The position numbers and the translations under genes were made by a program. The notes under the pieces are model-generated. The model was not told where the DNA came from and searched no databases. It saw only the letters and a program-made list of their open reading frames with translations. From a virus, in the IMG/VR virus record IMGVR_UViG_3300042309_001835, positions 11,553-75,552 of that record: a stretch of DNA of 64,000 nt; one strand, given 5' to 3'. Positions 29,061-39,963 of the stretch are shown here, in pieces. The first letter of the stretch is position 1. Every line of letters starts with the position of its first letter.

Positions 29061-30644
29061 GTGAAATCTGTAATCAGCGATTACACAATAAAGGCGGTCA
29101 AAGATATACCAATTACAAATGTACTAGACAGTCAACACGTAGAGTACAAAAAAATAGGGAAAGAGGCGATAACATTATGCCCTTGGCACAATGATAGAAA
29201 TCCATCGTTAACCATAAACGATGAAAAAAGCCTGTGTTATTGTTTTGTTTGCCAGACGGGCGATGATGGCATAGGTTTCATTCAGGCAAAGCTTGGGCTG
29301 TCTTTTGCGGAAGCGGTAGAAAAGATAGCCATTTCCAACAACATAGAGGTAATATACGAAAACCTGAATCCAGAGCTTGCGCTAAAGGAGGCAAGGCGAA
29401 AGGTTCAGTTGATGAATCAACTGACAATTGAGCACGAATCTTACCGTAGATTCCTGAAGGACTCAAGGGCTCAGAGAATACGAGACTTTCTGGATAACAG
29501 GGGCATAGAACCAGCCACTTCTAAGCACTTTCAGCTTGGGTATTGTCCTCGAGGATTTTTTGGCGACAGGATTACTGTGCCGATTCATGACCACATTGGC
29601 ACATTGGTTGGTTTCGCCGGTAGGGCTACAAGTAGTACAATTAAACCAAAATTCAAGAATTCTGAGAACAGTGAATATTTCGACAAATCAAAACTGGTAT
29701 TCAATGAGCACAGAGCTATTCAACACATCAGGGAAGCTGATAGCCTTATTTTTGTGGAAGGCCATTTTGATGTAATATCACTGTGGCAATTTGGTATCAA
29801 AAATGTAGTAGCCCTCCAGGGTACAGCGACACCAAGTGATTCCATACTGCACAGACTGGCTAGAAGGACAAAGAGATTCATACTGTGTTTCGATGCAGAT
29901 GAAGGTGGGCTAAAGGCAACAGAGGCGTTTATTAAGTCCGCCGGTCCGATGGCATGTCGCGGTGATCTAAGCCTATCGGTTGCACAGTTGCCGGACGGCA
30001 AGGATCCCGAAGACTGTATTAACAGTGGCCTGGACTTGTTTAACATAATTGAAAGCGCAAAACCATGGCTCGACTGGCAGCTTGATGTGTGGTTAAAATC
30101 CGTAGACAGATCAGACACTGCGCGATACACAGAGATAGAAGCCAGAATACGTGCCCTGGTTGAATCAATACATTCCCCAACCCTGAGGCAGTATTATATC
30201 GACAAAGCATCACTGGCCCTATCGCAGGATCCAGAGTCAGCCGCAAAAACTGCAAAAGATTGGTTCAAGAATACATCAACGATAAATAGCAGGAAAAGGT
30301 GGCTGAAGCCAAGTCCACTTGAAACCAGGATAATGGCAGAGCGAAGACTACTCAGGTTGTATATTCACTTCCCGGAGCTAAGGTCAGATCTTGTTGATCT
30401 GATGGATAGGTTGTATTCACCTGCACATAAGTGGTTATGGCAAAGGTTGCGGGAAATAGAAGATTTCTGTGATGGTGCAAACATGATTGAGACACTTTTG
30501 GCTGTGTACTGCGTGTCGGAACCGCATTACACGAGACAACTCAGATCAATAGCCATGCCGACGATCAAGGTACACAGTGATTCTGGTATAATGGATCATA
30601 TCAAGAACATCTTGTCGCAGGAGCTTGTCGTGAATGGCATCTGA
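29061..30644 (+). CDS. dnaG: DNA primase
   Basis: CPWH...CFVC zinc finger, GFAGR, PKFKNS, VEGHFD, CFDAD TOPRIM. Confidence 0.95.
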   Translation: MKSVISDYTIKAVKDIPITNVLDSQHVEYKKIGKEAITLCPWHNDRNPSLTINDEKSLCYCFVCQTGDDGIGFIQAKLGLSFAEAVEKIAISNNIEVIYENLNPELALKEARRKVQLMNQLTIEHESYRRFLKDSRAQRIRDFLDNRGIEPATSKHFQLGYCPRGFFGDRITVPIHDHIGTLVGFAGRATSSTIKPKFKNSENSEYFDKSKLVFNEHRAIQHIREADSLIFVEGHFDVISLWQFGIKNVVALQGTATPSDSILHRLARRTKRFILCFDADEGGLKATEAFIKSAGPMACRGDLSLSVAQLPDGKDPEDCINSGLDLFNIIESAKPWLDWQLDVWLKSVDRSDTARYTEIEARIRALVESIHSPTLRQYYIDKASLALSQDPESAAKTAKDWFKNTSTINSRKRWLKPSPLETRIMAERRLLRLYIHFPELRSDLVDLMDRLYSPAHKWLWQRLREIEDFCDGANMIETLLAVYCVSEPHYTRQLRSIAMPTIKVHSDSGIMDHIKNILSQELVVNGI

Positions 30645-30864
30645 AGAAAAACCGAAATTCCTGATGTACACACTGGCTGGTTGCTCTTATTGCAATCAAG
30701 CAAAGGCATTATTTGATCACTATGATGTCAAGTATCAAGTGAAATACGAGAAGGCACCCGACTGGGACACCTTCCCTGGTATCTATAAAATCACAGACGA
30801 TGGCATGGAGTTGATAGGCGGCTTCTCCGAGCTGGCTGAATACTCATACAAGGATGGGCTGTGA
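30634..30864 (+). CDS. glutaredoxin
   Basis: CSYC, TFPGI, IGGFSEL. Confidence 0.8.
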   Translation: MASEEKPKFLMYTLAGCSYCNQAKALFDHYDVKYQVKYEKAPDWDTFPGIYKITDDGMELIGGFSELAEYSYKDGL

Positions 30865-31139
30865 GGCGTGGTCGGGATCTCCGTCCACGCTCGATTGCTG
30901 TTTAATCCTTAAGGCATGGATAACTTGCGAAAAAATTCGAGTTGTCGTGACTAAGATGGACCCGTCAGCACCGTTCCCTGGTTCGCTCCAACATGGCGAA
31001 GGCACCCTCTGAGAAAAAGACACTAAGCGGCAACAATCGCCCACTGGAGCGTATCGGGAAAAAGACGACACAAGGTTCCGGTCTCCGGTCTAAGCCAAAG
31101 AGGGGGCAAAAGCCTTATCGCGGCCAGGGACGATAGGCA

Positions 31140-31442
31140 ATGGAGCATTCAGTATCTAAGCAACAGGTCTGGAGGTCTACTATAGCTGCCAAGCAGGCCA
31201 TAGCAGAGGGCAGGCTTGCAGATGCAGTAAACTTGCTATACTTTATGCACAAAAACCATATAATGGAATGGGTGCGCGTAAAGCGAGAACTGCTTGCTTC
31301 GGCGCAAGACTCCAGATCGTTGCTAACAATAGCTACCGTGCTGGATGCATCAAAGAAAAGCACACTTTCTGAGTCCGCCAGGATAATACCCGGCCTCTCT
31401 GATTTGCTTCATCAGGATCCGTATCAAGAGTTGCTCGATTAA
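31140..31442 (+). CDS. hypothetical protein
   Basis: 100-aa ORF. Confidence 0.5.
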   Translation: MEHSVSKQQVWRSTIAAKQAIAEGRLADAVNLLYFMHKNHIMEWVRVKRELLASAQDSRSLLTIATVLDASKKSTLSESARIIPGLSDLLHQDPYQELLD

Positions 31443-31514
31443 ATCGATTTACGGCTTGAATACGGCTATTTTTTGCGTCACTTGCGGCAATCTAAAGTCC
31501 CTTTAATTTCAATC

Positions 31515-33866
31515 ATGTCGGAATTCGGTCAATTTGCTCCTTCTGGGCCTGCGGTTTTCTATCGTTCGTATTCCCGGCGCAAAGCAGACGGGTCGCGTGA
31601 AAACTTCGAAGAGGCAATTACGCGTACAATATCTGCCATCGCAGAGGTAGGCAAATTCACTGAGGAACAGAAGGCGTTATGTATTCAGGCTGGACTGAGG
31701 CGGCAATGCTTTCCCAGCGGTCGTGCACTGTGGGTTGCGGGTACGGAATGGTCCAAGAAGCAAGAGAACTTCCCTGGATATTACAACTGCTGCTCGATGC
31801 ACGCAAATGATCCCTCGATGTTTGGCCTGCTGATGGAGCTGGCCATGATGGGAACAGGCACTGGTGCTGTCATGGAGGAAGACGTCGTAAGTAACATGCC
31901 TCCAATTCAAAGAAAAGTTTCTATTAGCAATATCAGGAACAACGAAGGAATCAAAGGTGGTGACGCAGATACAACCATCAGGTTCACTGGGATTGTTGAT
32001 GAAAAACCAATCATTACAATCAAGGTTGGCGATTCCCGTCAGGGCTGGGCTAGTGCCTATCAGGGTCTGATTACCCTGGCTATGGGGTACCCGGCTCAAG
32101 ACGAGGAGGAGGACACGGCCCATTGCGATGCCGAAATAGTCCTGGATCTGAGCCACGTCCGCCAGGCGGGTGAACCCCTTAAGGGCTTTGGTGGCACCGC
32201 TAACCCTGTTCGGCTGCGGGAGACGTTTGAGCGGGCAGCAAAAGTGCTCTGCAGGGCCAAGGGGCGCAAGCTGACGTCAATTGAGTGCTGCCTGCTGATT
32301 GATGAAGCAGCCAGCGCAGTGGTGGCCGGAAACATCCGCCGCAGTGCAGGCATGCGTCAATTTTCGTCCTGTGATAATGAGGCCGCTTCAGCAAAAGATG
32401 GTCTGTATAAGCAGGATGAAAACGGCAACTGGAGTGTAGATCCCGAAAAAGAAGCACTCAGGATGGCCAATCACACCCTGTGCTTCCACATGAAACCTGA
32501 CCATGAAACGATCAAAGCCAGCATCGAAAAGCAGTTTTGGTCCGGCGAAGGTGCCATCATGTATGTACCCGAGTCAATCGCCAGGGCAAATGCTGACCTG
32601 TTGAACACAGAACAACTAAAGAAGCGATTCCTTGCTTTGTACGTGCGCAGTCAGGATGATGCACGTCAGATGCTGATCGAATTAGCGGAAAAGGTTGGTG
32701 AACCAACCGACGAACGCATTATTCAGCATCGGATGGACAGGTACGGACTTAACCCCTGCGGCGAAATCCTTATGCGTGACAACGTATGCAACCTCAGTGA
32801 GGTTCATCTGAATACCATCGATCCAAATGATTCAGAGCTGCAGCGTCAGGCATTCTATGCCGGTGGTCTGCAAGTTGCGGCCCTGCTACAGCATAAATTT
32901 GTCCCCGAACGCCTTGCTTATAGCCGTGAAAACGATCCGATTGTTGGCGTCAGTTTTACTGGCCTGTTTGACTTTTTTGTGCATGCTTTTGGTGCCCCTT
33001 GGCTGAAGTGGATGATGAAAGGTCGCCCTGGTGGTGCTGAGTACAAGAAGTACGATGCCAGGGAAAAGAAATTCCTCAGGGGTTGGAGGATTGCTGCCGA
33101 GCAGGGTGTCAGGGATTACTGCGAGCAGCATGGTATTCGTGTCCCGAACAGGTTCACCACAGTGCAACCCGCTGGCTCCAAGAGCCTGCTGACTGGCGCT
33201 AGCAGCGGCTGGCATCCACCGAAAGCGCAGCGCTTCATTCGCCGCATTACCTTTGGCGTAAATGATCCATTGGTCAGTGCATTGCGTGATTACGGCTACA
33301 ACGTAATTCCAGCGCAAAGTGCTAGGGACGAAGACGGCAACCTGCTTGATGACATCAGCGATCCCAGGGTTCGCGAGGTGTTGGTTGAAATCCCAACAGA
33401 AGTATCGTGGGCTAACTTGCCTGGTTGTGATGAGTTTGACCTCAGTAAACTACCAGTCGGCGCCCAATGGGGGCTCTACATGCAAGTTCAAAAAGAATAC
33501 ACCCAGCACAACACATCGGCAACCCTAGAGTTTCGTCAAGATGAAATAGACCAACTGACTGATTTGGTCCATAGGTCCATCCAGTCGGATGATGGATACA
33601 TTTCGGCTGCGCTGCTTGCCAGGTTCGATGCAAACGAAACATTCCCACGATTGCCATTTGAACCAATCGATAAGCAGATGTACGAACGTCGTATGGCTAC
33701 GGTGAAAATCGTTCGTGCAACGCTGCCGGAAGATGTTACATTTCTTGACTTGTTAAAGAAGTATGACAACGCGGACTATGAACTGAAAGGTGCTGCTGGC
33801 TGTGATTCAGCTAAGTGTTTAACAGAATCAGAGAAAGACTCTGATCAAGCTGGATTGCTCAAGTGA
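31515..33866 (+). CDS. nrdJ: class II (B12-dependent) ribonucleotide reductase
   Basis: PSGRALW, GNIRRSA, GLNPCGE, CNLSEV, TVQPAG; no beta-subunit gene nearby. Confidence 0.9.
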   Translation: MSEFGQFAPSGPAVFYRSYSRRKADGSRENFEEAITRTISAIAEVGKFTEEQKALCIQAGLRRQCFPSGRALWVAGTEWSKKQENFPGYYNCCSMHANDPSMFGLLMELAMMGTGTGAVMEEDVVSNMPPIQRKVSISNIRNNEGIKGGDADTTIRFTGIVDEKPIITIKVGDSRQGWASAYQGLITLAMGYPAQDEEEDTAHCDAEIVLDLSHVRQAGEPLKGFGGTANPVRLRETFERAAKVLCRAKGRKLTSIECCLLIDEAASAVVAGNIRRSAGMRQFSSCDNEAASAKDGLYKQDENGNWSVDPEKEALRMANHTLCFHMKPDHETIKASIEKQFWSGEGAIMYVPESIARANADLLNTEQLKKRFLALYVRSQDDARQMLIELAEKVGEPTDERIIQHRMDRYGLNPCGEILMRDNVCNLSEVHLNTIDPNDSELQRQAFYAGGLQVAALLQHKFVPERLAYSRENDPIVGVSFTGLFDFFVHAFGAPWLKWMMKGRPGGAEYKKYDAREKKFLRGWRIAAEQGVRDYCEQHGIRVPNRFTTVQPAGSKSLLTGASSGWHPPKAQRFIRRITFGVNDPLVSALRDYGYNVIPAQSARDEDGNLLDDISDPRVREVLVEIPTEVSWANLPGCDEFDLSKLPVGAQWGLYMQVQKEYTQHNTSATLEFRQDEIDQLTDLVHRSIQSDDGYISAALLARFDANETFPRLPFEPIDKQMYERRMATVKIVRATLPEDVTFLDLLKKYDNADYELKGAAGCDSAKCLTESEKDSDQAGLLK

Positions 33867-33878
33867 TCCAAGGGGCCG

Positions 33879-34160
33879 GTGATGCTATACTGGGCTATCC
33901 GGCCCCATCAGATGATCTCTTCTTCTGAGGAACCTCTGGATCATAGTCACTATGGCCCAGAGGTTCAAGAAAAGCTGAGCATATTCCAGGATCTGTACAA
34001 AAGCTATTACAACATTACCTGGATTAAGTTCAAGGAGAACTCAAACCGCTTGGACACCATACAAAGCGCTTGGGATGCACTTGCTCGTGCCAGAAAGAAG
34101 GAAACTGGCACCGGGTTCTATCTTACACCAGAGCAGTACAACAATGTCCACAATCGTTGA
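33879..34160 (+). CDS. hypothetical protein
   Basis: ORF overlapping the dcd start. Confidence 0.45.
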   Translation: MMLYWAIRPHQMISSSEEPLDHSHYGPEVQEKLSIFQDLYKSYYNITWIKFKENSNRLDTIQSAWDALARARKKETGTGFYLTPEQYNNVHNR

Positions 34161-34659
34161 TTCTCAAATACTGTCCATGTGCCTTTCAGGGGAGGGGCTA
34201 ATCATGCCTTTTCACCCCAGCCAGGTAAACCCTGCTTCCTATGATGTAAGGCTCGGTGAGACAGTGCTGATAGAGCAACCAGAAGGTGGTTGGATCGAGA
34301 AATCTTTGCCATATTCACTGGCGCCAGGTGAATTTATTCTTGGCTGCACCAAAGAATGGGTAAATATCCCATCTGATATGGAGGCAGTATTTCAACTGAA
34401 ATCTTCCAGGGCTCGTGAAGGCTACGAGCATGTTCTTGCTGGCTACATCGATCCAGGGTTCTCTGGAAAGGTGACGCTGGAGTTAGTCAATGTGAATCGA
34501 TATACGACCCTGCATTTGGTAAAGGATATGCTAATTGGACAGCTCAGATTCATGAAAACGGATCAGCCCTGCCGGATTCCGTATTCACAAAAGGGGCATT
34601 ATCACAATGACAACAAAGTAACCGCCTCTAAGGTGAATGCTTTTGGATTTATTTCCTGA
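34144..34659 (+). CDS. dcd: dCTP deaminase
   Basis: NPASYDVRLG, KSSRAREG, IDPGFSGKVTLE, IGQL. Confidence 0.9.
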   Translation: MSTIVDSQILSMCLSGEGLIMPFHPSQVNPASYDVRLGETVLIEQPEGGWIEKSLPYSLAPGEFILGCTKEWVNIPSDMEAVFQLKSSRAREGYEHVLAGYIDPGFSGKVTLELVNVNRYTTLHLVKDMLIGQLRFMKTDQPCRIPYSQKGHYHNDNKVTASKVNAFGFIS

Positions 34660-34730
34660 ATTCATAGTATTCCTGGAACCCTAGGGGAGCCAAAGGCGAG
34701 ACGCCGGCAGAACTTTAGGCGCGATGCCCC

Positions 34731-36224
34731 ATGAAGGTCGTACATCCAACCGACAATCCAGGACTGGTTAGCTATCACCGGCCAGAGCTGGTTGATCTGT
34801 TGCCCGGTCTGGAACTGGCGCTAGACTGTTGGAATTTGCTGGATACAAACGGCAGGGGGTCGGCTAAGCCTAAATATCTGGTACAGGAACCGGCTGAGCC
34901 AAAGAAAGCCTACGAAGCCAGATTACACAGGTCTACTTATACGCCTATTTTTAGGGATTCAATCCGGGCTTATGCGGGTCTGTTGAATCGCTTCCAGCTT
35001 GTTGATGCACCCCCTAGTCTTGGCAAGTCAGAAAGCAATGTTGACCTGCAGGGATCTAGTATCCACAGTTTCTGGAATCGTTGTGACGAATTAGCCATTC
35101 GAGACGGTGGTGTCTTCGTGATGGTTGACATGATGCCAGAGCAGGACCAAACATCGAATTTCTTGGATCAGCAGCGTGATGGCCGCAGGCCCTATGTGAT
35201 CTTGATAGAAAGAAAAGATGTCATAAACTGGTCTGTTGCTTACAACGGTGGACGTGAATTTGTTCAGCATGCAACAATTCGCCAGATCAAGTCCATGCCA
35301 ATGGAAAATGGATTTGGTGTTAGGCTTGAGCCCGTTTATTATGTACTGAAGCCAAATCTTGTAGAAGAATACAGGATGGAGAAGAAAGATGGCAAATGGA
35401 GGCAGGCACTGACCAATTCTGTACCAACGACGTTGCCTGTTGTTCCGTTGATATGGTACGGCGCATCAACCAGCAGATTTGCTCAAGGTGATTTACCAAT
35501 GAATGGCCTTGCTGAACTGAGTATTCAGCACTACCAGATGCGATCCGACCTGACGGAATTGCTGCATAAATGCGCCATGCCAGTGCCGGTCAGAAAAGGT
35601 GCTCCAGTTGGCCCAGACGGACGCACTGCACCACTGATTCTGGGGCCAAATACTGCGGTTGACCTGCCAGCGGATGGCGGCGAGTTTGGTTTTGCCGAGC
35701 CGACTGGCCGCAGCCTTGAGCGCCACCAAGCCGAAGTGACGCACCTGGAAGCGTTGATGGACAGGTCTGGTCTCAATTTCCTGTATGGGGCAAATATCAA
35801 GACAGCAACAGAGGCATCACTGAGGGCTTCCCAGATAGCATCACAAGTTGCGTCCCTGGTGCGTAATAAAACCAGTTCGTTCAACACTGTTATGCGACTG
35901 TGGTCTATTTATGCTGGGGAACTGGCAAGTCTGACGACGGAATCCGGCATAGCACTTAACGATAGTCTGATAAATCGACCCATTGATCCAAGTGGCATCG
36001 CTCAACTGGTTAATCTGTATAACTCGAAACTGCTTAGCGGTCAAACAGTACTGGCGGAACTGCAGCGCGGCGGAATCCTGGATCCCGATATGAAGATCAA
36101 AGAAGAAATGAGCAGAATTTCGAAAGAGGGAGCTGCATTAAACGGCGGCAGCGATAATCCGCCGTTAACCAGGACCGCCAATAACCGAACCCAGGTAGCC
36201 GAACCGCCAGCACAAAATCCTTAG
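34731..36224 (+). CDS. portal protein (DUF4055-like)
   Basis: YL..EP.E...YEARL, DLQG, HYQMRSD, KTATE motifs; 497 aa. Confidence 0.8.
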   Translation: MKVVHPTDNPGLVSYHRPELVDLLPGLELALDCWNLLDTNGRGSAKPKYLVQEPAEPKKAYEARLHRSTYTPIFRDSIRAYAGLLNRFQLVDAPPSLGKSESNVDLQGSSIHSFWNRCDELAIRDGGVFVMVDMMPEQDQTSNFLDQQRDGRRPYVILIERKDVINWSVAYNGGREFVQHATIRQIKSMPMENGFGVRLEPVYYVLKPNLVEEYRMEKKDGKWRQALTNSVPTTLPVVPLIWYGASTSRFAQGDLPMNGLAELSIQHYQMRSDLTELLHKCAMPVPVRKGAPVGPDGRTAPLILGPNTAVDLPADGGEFGFAEPTGRSLERHQAEVTHLEALMDRSGLNFLYGANIKTATEASLRASQIASQVASLVRNKTSSFNTVMRLWSIYAGELASLTTESGIALNDSLINRPIDPSGIAQLVNLYNSKLLSGQTVLAELQRGGILDPDMKIKEEMSRISKEGAALNGGSDNPPLTRTANNRTQVAEPPAQNP

Positions 36225-36289
36225 GTAAACCACTAAAGAGTCTGTTTGGTTCAATGTTATACTGGAATATAAGGCAGAAACCCAGACCC

Positions 36290-36502
36290 ATGGTCATCGC
36301 TCGTATCGAGTTCCTGCAAGAGCACGCTCATTGCTACGTGCAACAAGGGGACGATGGCAGCCAGCCTGTGTTTGCGGAGATGCAGTTCGATTCACCAGAA
36401 GAGCTGATCGTAGTCCTTAAGGAATTTGAGTACGCAATCAAAGATTGCACGGCGGATATCAATGGTAGACTGATTTCCTTGAGCGGATTTAAGACCACGT
36501 GA
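36290..36502 (+). CDS. hypothetical protein
   Basis: ORF after a TATACT -10 box. Confidence 0.5.
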   Translation: MVIARIEFLQEHAHCYVQQGDDGSQPVFAEMQFDSPEELIVVLKEFEYAIKDCTADINGRLISLSGFKTT

Positions 36503-36882
36503 ATCATCCGTTAAATAACGGCAAATTCATCAGGTCTCCTGGCGGCAGCTTCCTGTACTGCGTCCAGGGGCCGGTCTGCCGCTTATATGACAGAGAAGAC
36601 TTGCCCTGGCCCTGCTGTCGCCTGAGCTGGAAGGGCAAAGAGCCGAGTTGGAATCGAGTAGGCCGACGCTTTGTTCCAGATCTGGCCACATCCAGGTGTC
36701 CGAGCTATGCTGTTATAGCAACAGATCAGACTGGACACCAGTGGACCCAGATCTTGACGATTTACAACAGAAAGCTGACACCGGTAGAAAGGGATTGGTG
36801 GATAACAAAAAAGCCAGCAAACAAGGAGTATCCACCATTACCGGCAGACCTCTCAGAGGCCAGGACTGGACAAGCATTCTAA
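36499..36882 (+). CDS. hypothetical protein
   Basis: 127-aa Trp/Cys-rich ORF with GTGA overlap. Confidence 0.55.
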   Translation: MNHPLNNGKFIRSPGGSFLYCVQGPVCRLYDREDLPWPCCRLSWKGKEPSWNRVGRRFVPDLATSRCPSYAVIATDQTGHQWTQILTIYNRKLTPVERDWWITKKPANKEYPPLPADLSEARTGQAF

Positions 36883-36945
36883 GGAAGATCAACCTGGAGG
36901 CACCCGGCTACCAGGAAACAGTAGAAAAGATAAAAGAAGAAAAGG

Positions 36946-37233
36946 ATGCCAGGTAAATGGCTATACTGTGTCAGTTACCTGCCAGACTTGGCGACCATGA
37001 AGGACGCTGTTGCCGATCGTTATAACCGACTAAAGCGTGCCGCTCAAATCATCTCCAACATTTACGACAATCCCGATCAAAAGCTGATCAGGTTGGCGGA
37101 AAATGCTGGCTGCCTCGACGAGCTTGAGTTCCTGTTGGAGGAGTCGCGGAAATGGTTGGACGACGACGACTACTTCGGCGATGTGGCGTGGACCATGGTA
37201 AATGACCCAGGTTCACTTGTTGGTGTTTGTTGA
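36946..37233 (+). CDS. hypothetical protein
   Basis: ORF in operon context. Confidence 0.45.
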   Translation: MPGKWLYCVSYLPDLATMKDAVADRYNRLKRAAQIISNIYDNPDQKLIRLAENAGCLDELEFLLEESRKWLDDDDYFGDVAWTMVNDPGSLVGVC

Positions 37234-37302
37234 GATTTGTAACAATTTTCACACAAGGGGGCGGCCGTGCTAATGTTGAGCCTGTTGTAGAGGGAAGACC
37301 CC

Positions 37303-37911
37303 GTGACCATTGATACGCTTTCATCCGATGAAATCGACGGCGCACCTGTCAGGCGCTCAAACCGCCCCCTGACCCAGTTCGCCGTTCGAGAGGTCGAAGA
37401 CTTTCTGCTTGGCAAGTCGGAAGCGCACCGCACTTCGATTCACAATACGACCATTGATGTCGTGCAAGAGGACAAGCGCAGCAAAAGTCTGTTCGTTCGA
37501 CTGCATGGTGAGACAATCCTTGCATTGTCCATCTCTTTGCCCGACGAAGAGGTCATTCATGCACAAATCTCCCTTGGTACCACTTTTACTGCGGATGGCT
37601 GCCCCACGAAGACAACGGTGGAAAGGCTGAATGGTCTGCTTGACTGCCTTGGCACGCATGGCGTGATCCCCGAAAAGGTCAGGATATTCAGGGATCCCAG
37701 TGGCGGTGGTTCTTTCTTCTTTGGCAAAGGAGAAGAGAAGACCCCTGTTGGGCAGCGCTATGCCAGGAACATTGTCATGAAGTCGGATCCCGATGAGTTA
37801 TTGATCGAGTCGTCTGATATCAATCAAGACTGGGCAATCATGAAGAAAAAGATGGTTGGCGGTACCGTGACTTACGAGAAAAACAAAAGGCTGGCTTCTC
37901 GTAATGCCTAG
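37303..37911 (+). CDS. hypothetical protein
   Basis: 202 aa; VRLHGETI...TKTTVERLNGLL. Confidence 0.6.
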   Translation: MTIDTLSSDEIDGAPVRRSNRPLTQFAVREVEDFLLGKSEAHRTSIHNTTIDVVQEDKRSKSLFVRLHGETILALSISLPDEEVIHAQISLGTTFTADGCPTKTTVERLNGLLDCLGTHGVIPEKVRIFRDPSGGGSFFFGKGEEKTPVGQRYARNIVMKSDPDELLIESSDINQDWAIMKKKMVGGTVTYEKNKRLASRNA

Positions 37912-38197
37912 GCAAATCCCGTACCCAGACTACATCTGCAATGATTGTGGTCACCAATACGGCAGGTGGTACGCCTCTGGATCTTACACAGGTCCGTCCG
38001 ACAGTTGTTCCACCTATCACGAGGGAAAATGTGACATTTGCGCTAAGCAAAATGTCCCAGTAACAGAGCCACGCGACTTTGGTTATCTCTTAAACTGGAG
38101 TGCGGTCCAGCATAAGATTCGTGAAAAAAGAAAGATTCGCAAGAACAAGAACAATTGCGAAGAACCTGGGAAGGTTCAGGAAGTGGACACTGCTTGA
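37904..38197 (+). CDS. small zinc-binding protein
   Basis: CNDCG...H..KCDIC...VTEPRDFGY. Confidence 0.55.
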   Translation: MPRQIPYPDYICNDCGHQYGRWYASGSYTGPSDSCSTYHEGKCDICAKQNVPVTEPRDFGYLLNWSAVQHKIREKRKIRKNKNNCEEPGKVQEVDTA

Positions 38198-38896
38198 ATT
38201 GCTGCTAATCCGTTATCCAAACGGATCAAGTGTTGACACGTCAATCAGCCTTGCGATTGGCAAACAACACGGAATAGGGATCAGCTTGCTGTGTCCCTAT
38301 TTTTTGTTGGAATTGAATCTGCTGCCTTTAACCAGTTGCACTCATTCATATTATATGGAGAATGGCCGATGACGTTATTGACAAAGGCTTATCCAAAAGC
38401 CCTGCATATGTACAGAATATTGTACAGCGATAACTCTTTCAGGATACTATATACCTGTGGCATGACACACGCACACGTAACATCCAGGGAGTACTGGCCA
38501 GGGCAAGAAGTTAAAAGTATTGTTCAGTTAGATGACTCATGGAAGAACTGAATACTGTGCTTTACGCATTCAATGTATCCTTGGTAGCAGGCATTGCCAT
38601 CTTTTTGATTCTTTACTTTGGTGAACGCGGGTGACAACATTAGAATCTTTCTGGTATTCGTTTGCTCCAATTTTGACTGTGCTGCTGACCGGCTATTTGT
38701 CGACTAAGCTTGTCTCTCGCGCATTGCGTGACCACAGGAACCATACTGATACCGATTAGTGTCAGCAAAACCTGACACCTTAGACAAAAACTACTGGGCT
38801 TCGGTAGCCTGTCAATACCAACCATTTTTTGAGTGGTTCCAATCATTTCTGGATCTGACTACTGGGTGGCAGTAGTGTAGAGTTCTGTTTCGATCA

Positions 38897-39265
38897 TTGC
38901 TTAAAACAATCAGCCTGCTTGGCGTTGCTTCGCTGGTCTTCTCATCATTCAATCCAGCACAAGCAATCAACAAGCAATGCACTACGGCCTCTTATTATGG
39001 CCATGGTGATGGTTTTCATGGTAAAAAAACCGCTAATGGGGAACGATTCAATGGACATGGCATCACCACGGCCCATCCTCGCCTGCCATTCGGATCCATG
39101 CTCCTGGTGTTCAACCCTGACACAGGAAAATCTGTAACAGTTCGTGTCAATGATCGCGGCCCGTATGCTCATGGCCGTGGGTTGGACCTGAGCTACGGCG
39201 CCTTCCTGAAGGTGGCCAACCCCTCGCAGGGGACCGCCAAGGTCTGTTATACGCGGCTAACTTGA
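38897..39265 (+). CDS. rlpA: RlpA-like lytic transglycosylase (DPBB domain) with signal peptide
   Basis: ASYYG...TANGERF...AHPRLPFGS...VRVNDRGPY...LDLS. Confidence 0.9.
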   Translation: MLKTISLLGVASLVFSSFNPAQAINKQCTTASYYGHGDGFHGKKTANGERFNGHGITTAHPRLPFGSMLLVFNPDTGKSVTVRVNDRGPYAHGRGLDLSYGAFLKVANPSQGTAKVCYTRLT

Positions 39266-39304
39266 CGCCGAACAGCTAATGTGGGGGGGACTCCCCCCTT
39301 TTTT

Positions 39305-39799
39305 ATGGTTGAGTTTTTCTTTACACCCGCGCAACGTCAGCGTGCCCTAGAGGAGGCCACAAGGCGGCAGGACTCCAATCAAAGGCTTGGGCGCAAAGGT
39401 CGCAACAAGGGGCCTACAACGGGGCCAGAGGCCCTGGAAAAGCACAAAATAGGAGCCGGGGCAGAGTTAGCGGTAGCAATTTATCTTGGACTTGAGGAAT
39501 TTGTATTTCAGGATACGAATCCCGTCAGGGGGTCTTCCGATTTGCCTGGAAAGATCGATGTAAAGTGCAGGCCTTGTCATCATTGGGATTTATTGGTACA
39601 ATTGGATGACGACCTTGAAAAGACCTATGTGCTAGTTACGATACAACACAGGCGTATATTTATCCATGGATGGATTCATGGCTCCATGATCCCCAAGGAA
39701 TGTATAAAAGAGTACGCCCCAGGAAGACCCTGTTACAGCATCCCACAATCAAACCTGAAACCAATTGAGGACTTGAAATGTCAGGCGGAAGCTGCTTAA
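39305..39799 (+). CDS. putative PD-(D/E)XK-type nuclease-fold protein
   Basis: GAGAELAVA...DL...IDVK. Confidence 0.5.
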   Translation: MVEFFFTPAQRQRALEEATRRQDSNQRLGRKGRNKGPTTGPEALEKHKIGAGAELAVAIYLGLEEFVFQDTNPVRGSSDLPGKIDVKCRPCHHWDLLVQLDDDLEKTYVLVTIQHRRIFIHGWIHGSMIPKECIKEYAPGRPCYSIPQSNLKPIEDLKCQAEAA

Positions 39800-39963
39800 G
39801 TCGTCATGATTGCTGGCTCTCCTGGGAAGAACAAGATGGAGAGGAGTTTGCTGTTCTTAACTTTTCGGATGACCTGATATCCCAGCTTGGATGGGAAGAA
39901 GGGGACGAGTTAGACTGGACCCAAAACGATAATGGCTCAATTTCCATCGCTAGGCCAAAATAA
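39778..39963 (+). CDS. AbrB/MazE-like small protein
   Basis: LISQLGWEEGDELDW. Confidence 0.6.
   Translation: MSGGSCLSRHDCWLSWEEQDGEEFAVLNFSDDLISQLGWEEGDELDWTQNDNGSISIARPK

Noticed and set aside
31515-33866. Intein or intron in RNR, terminase or helicase
   Set aside because: ORFs are continuous, of ordinary length, and lack splice-junction or LAGLIDADG motifs.
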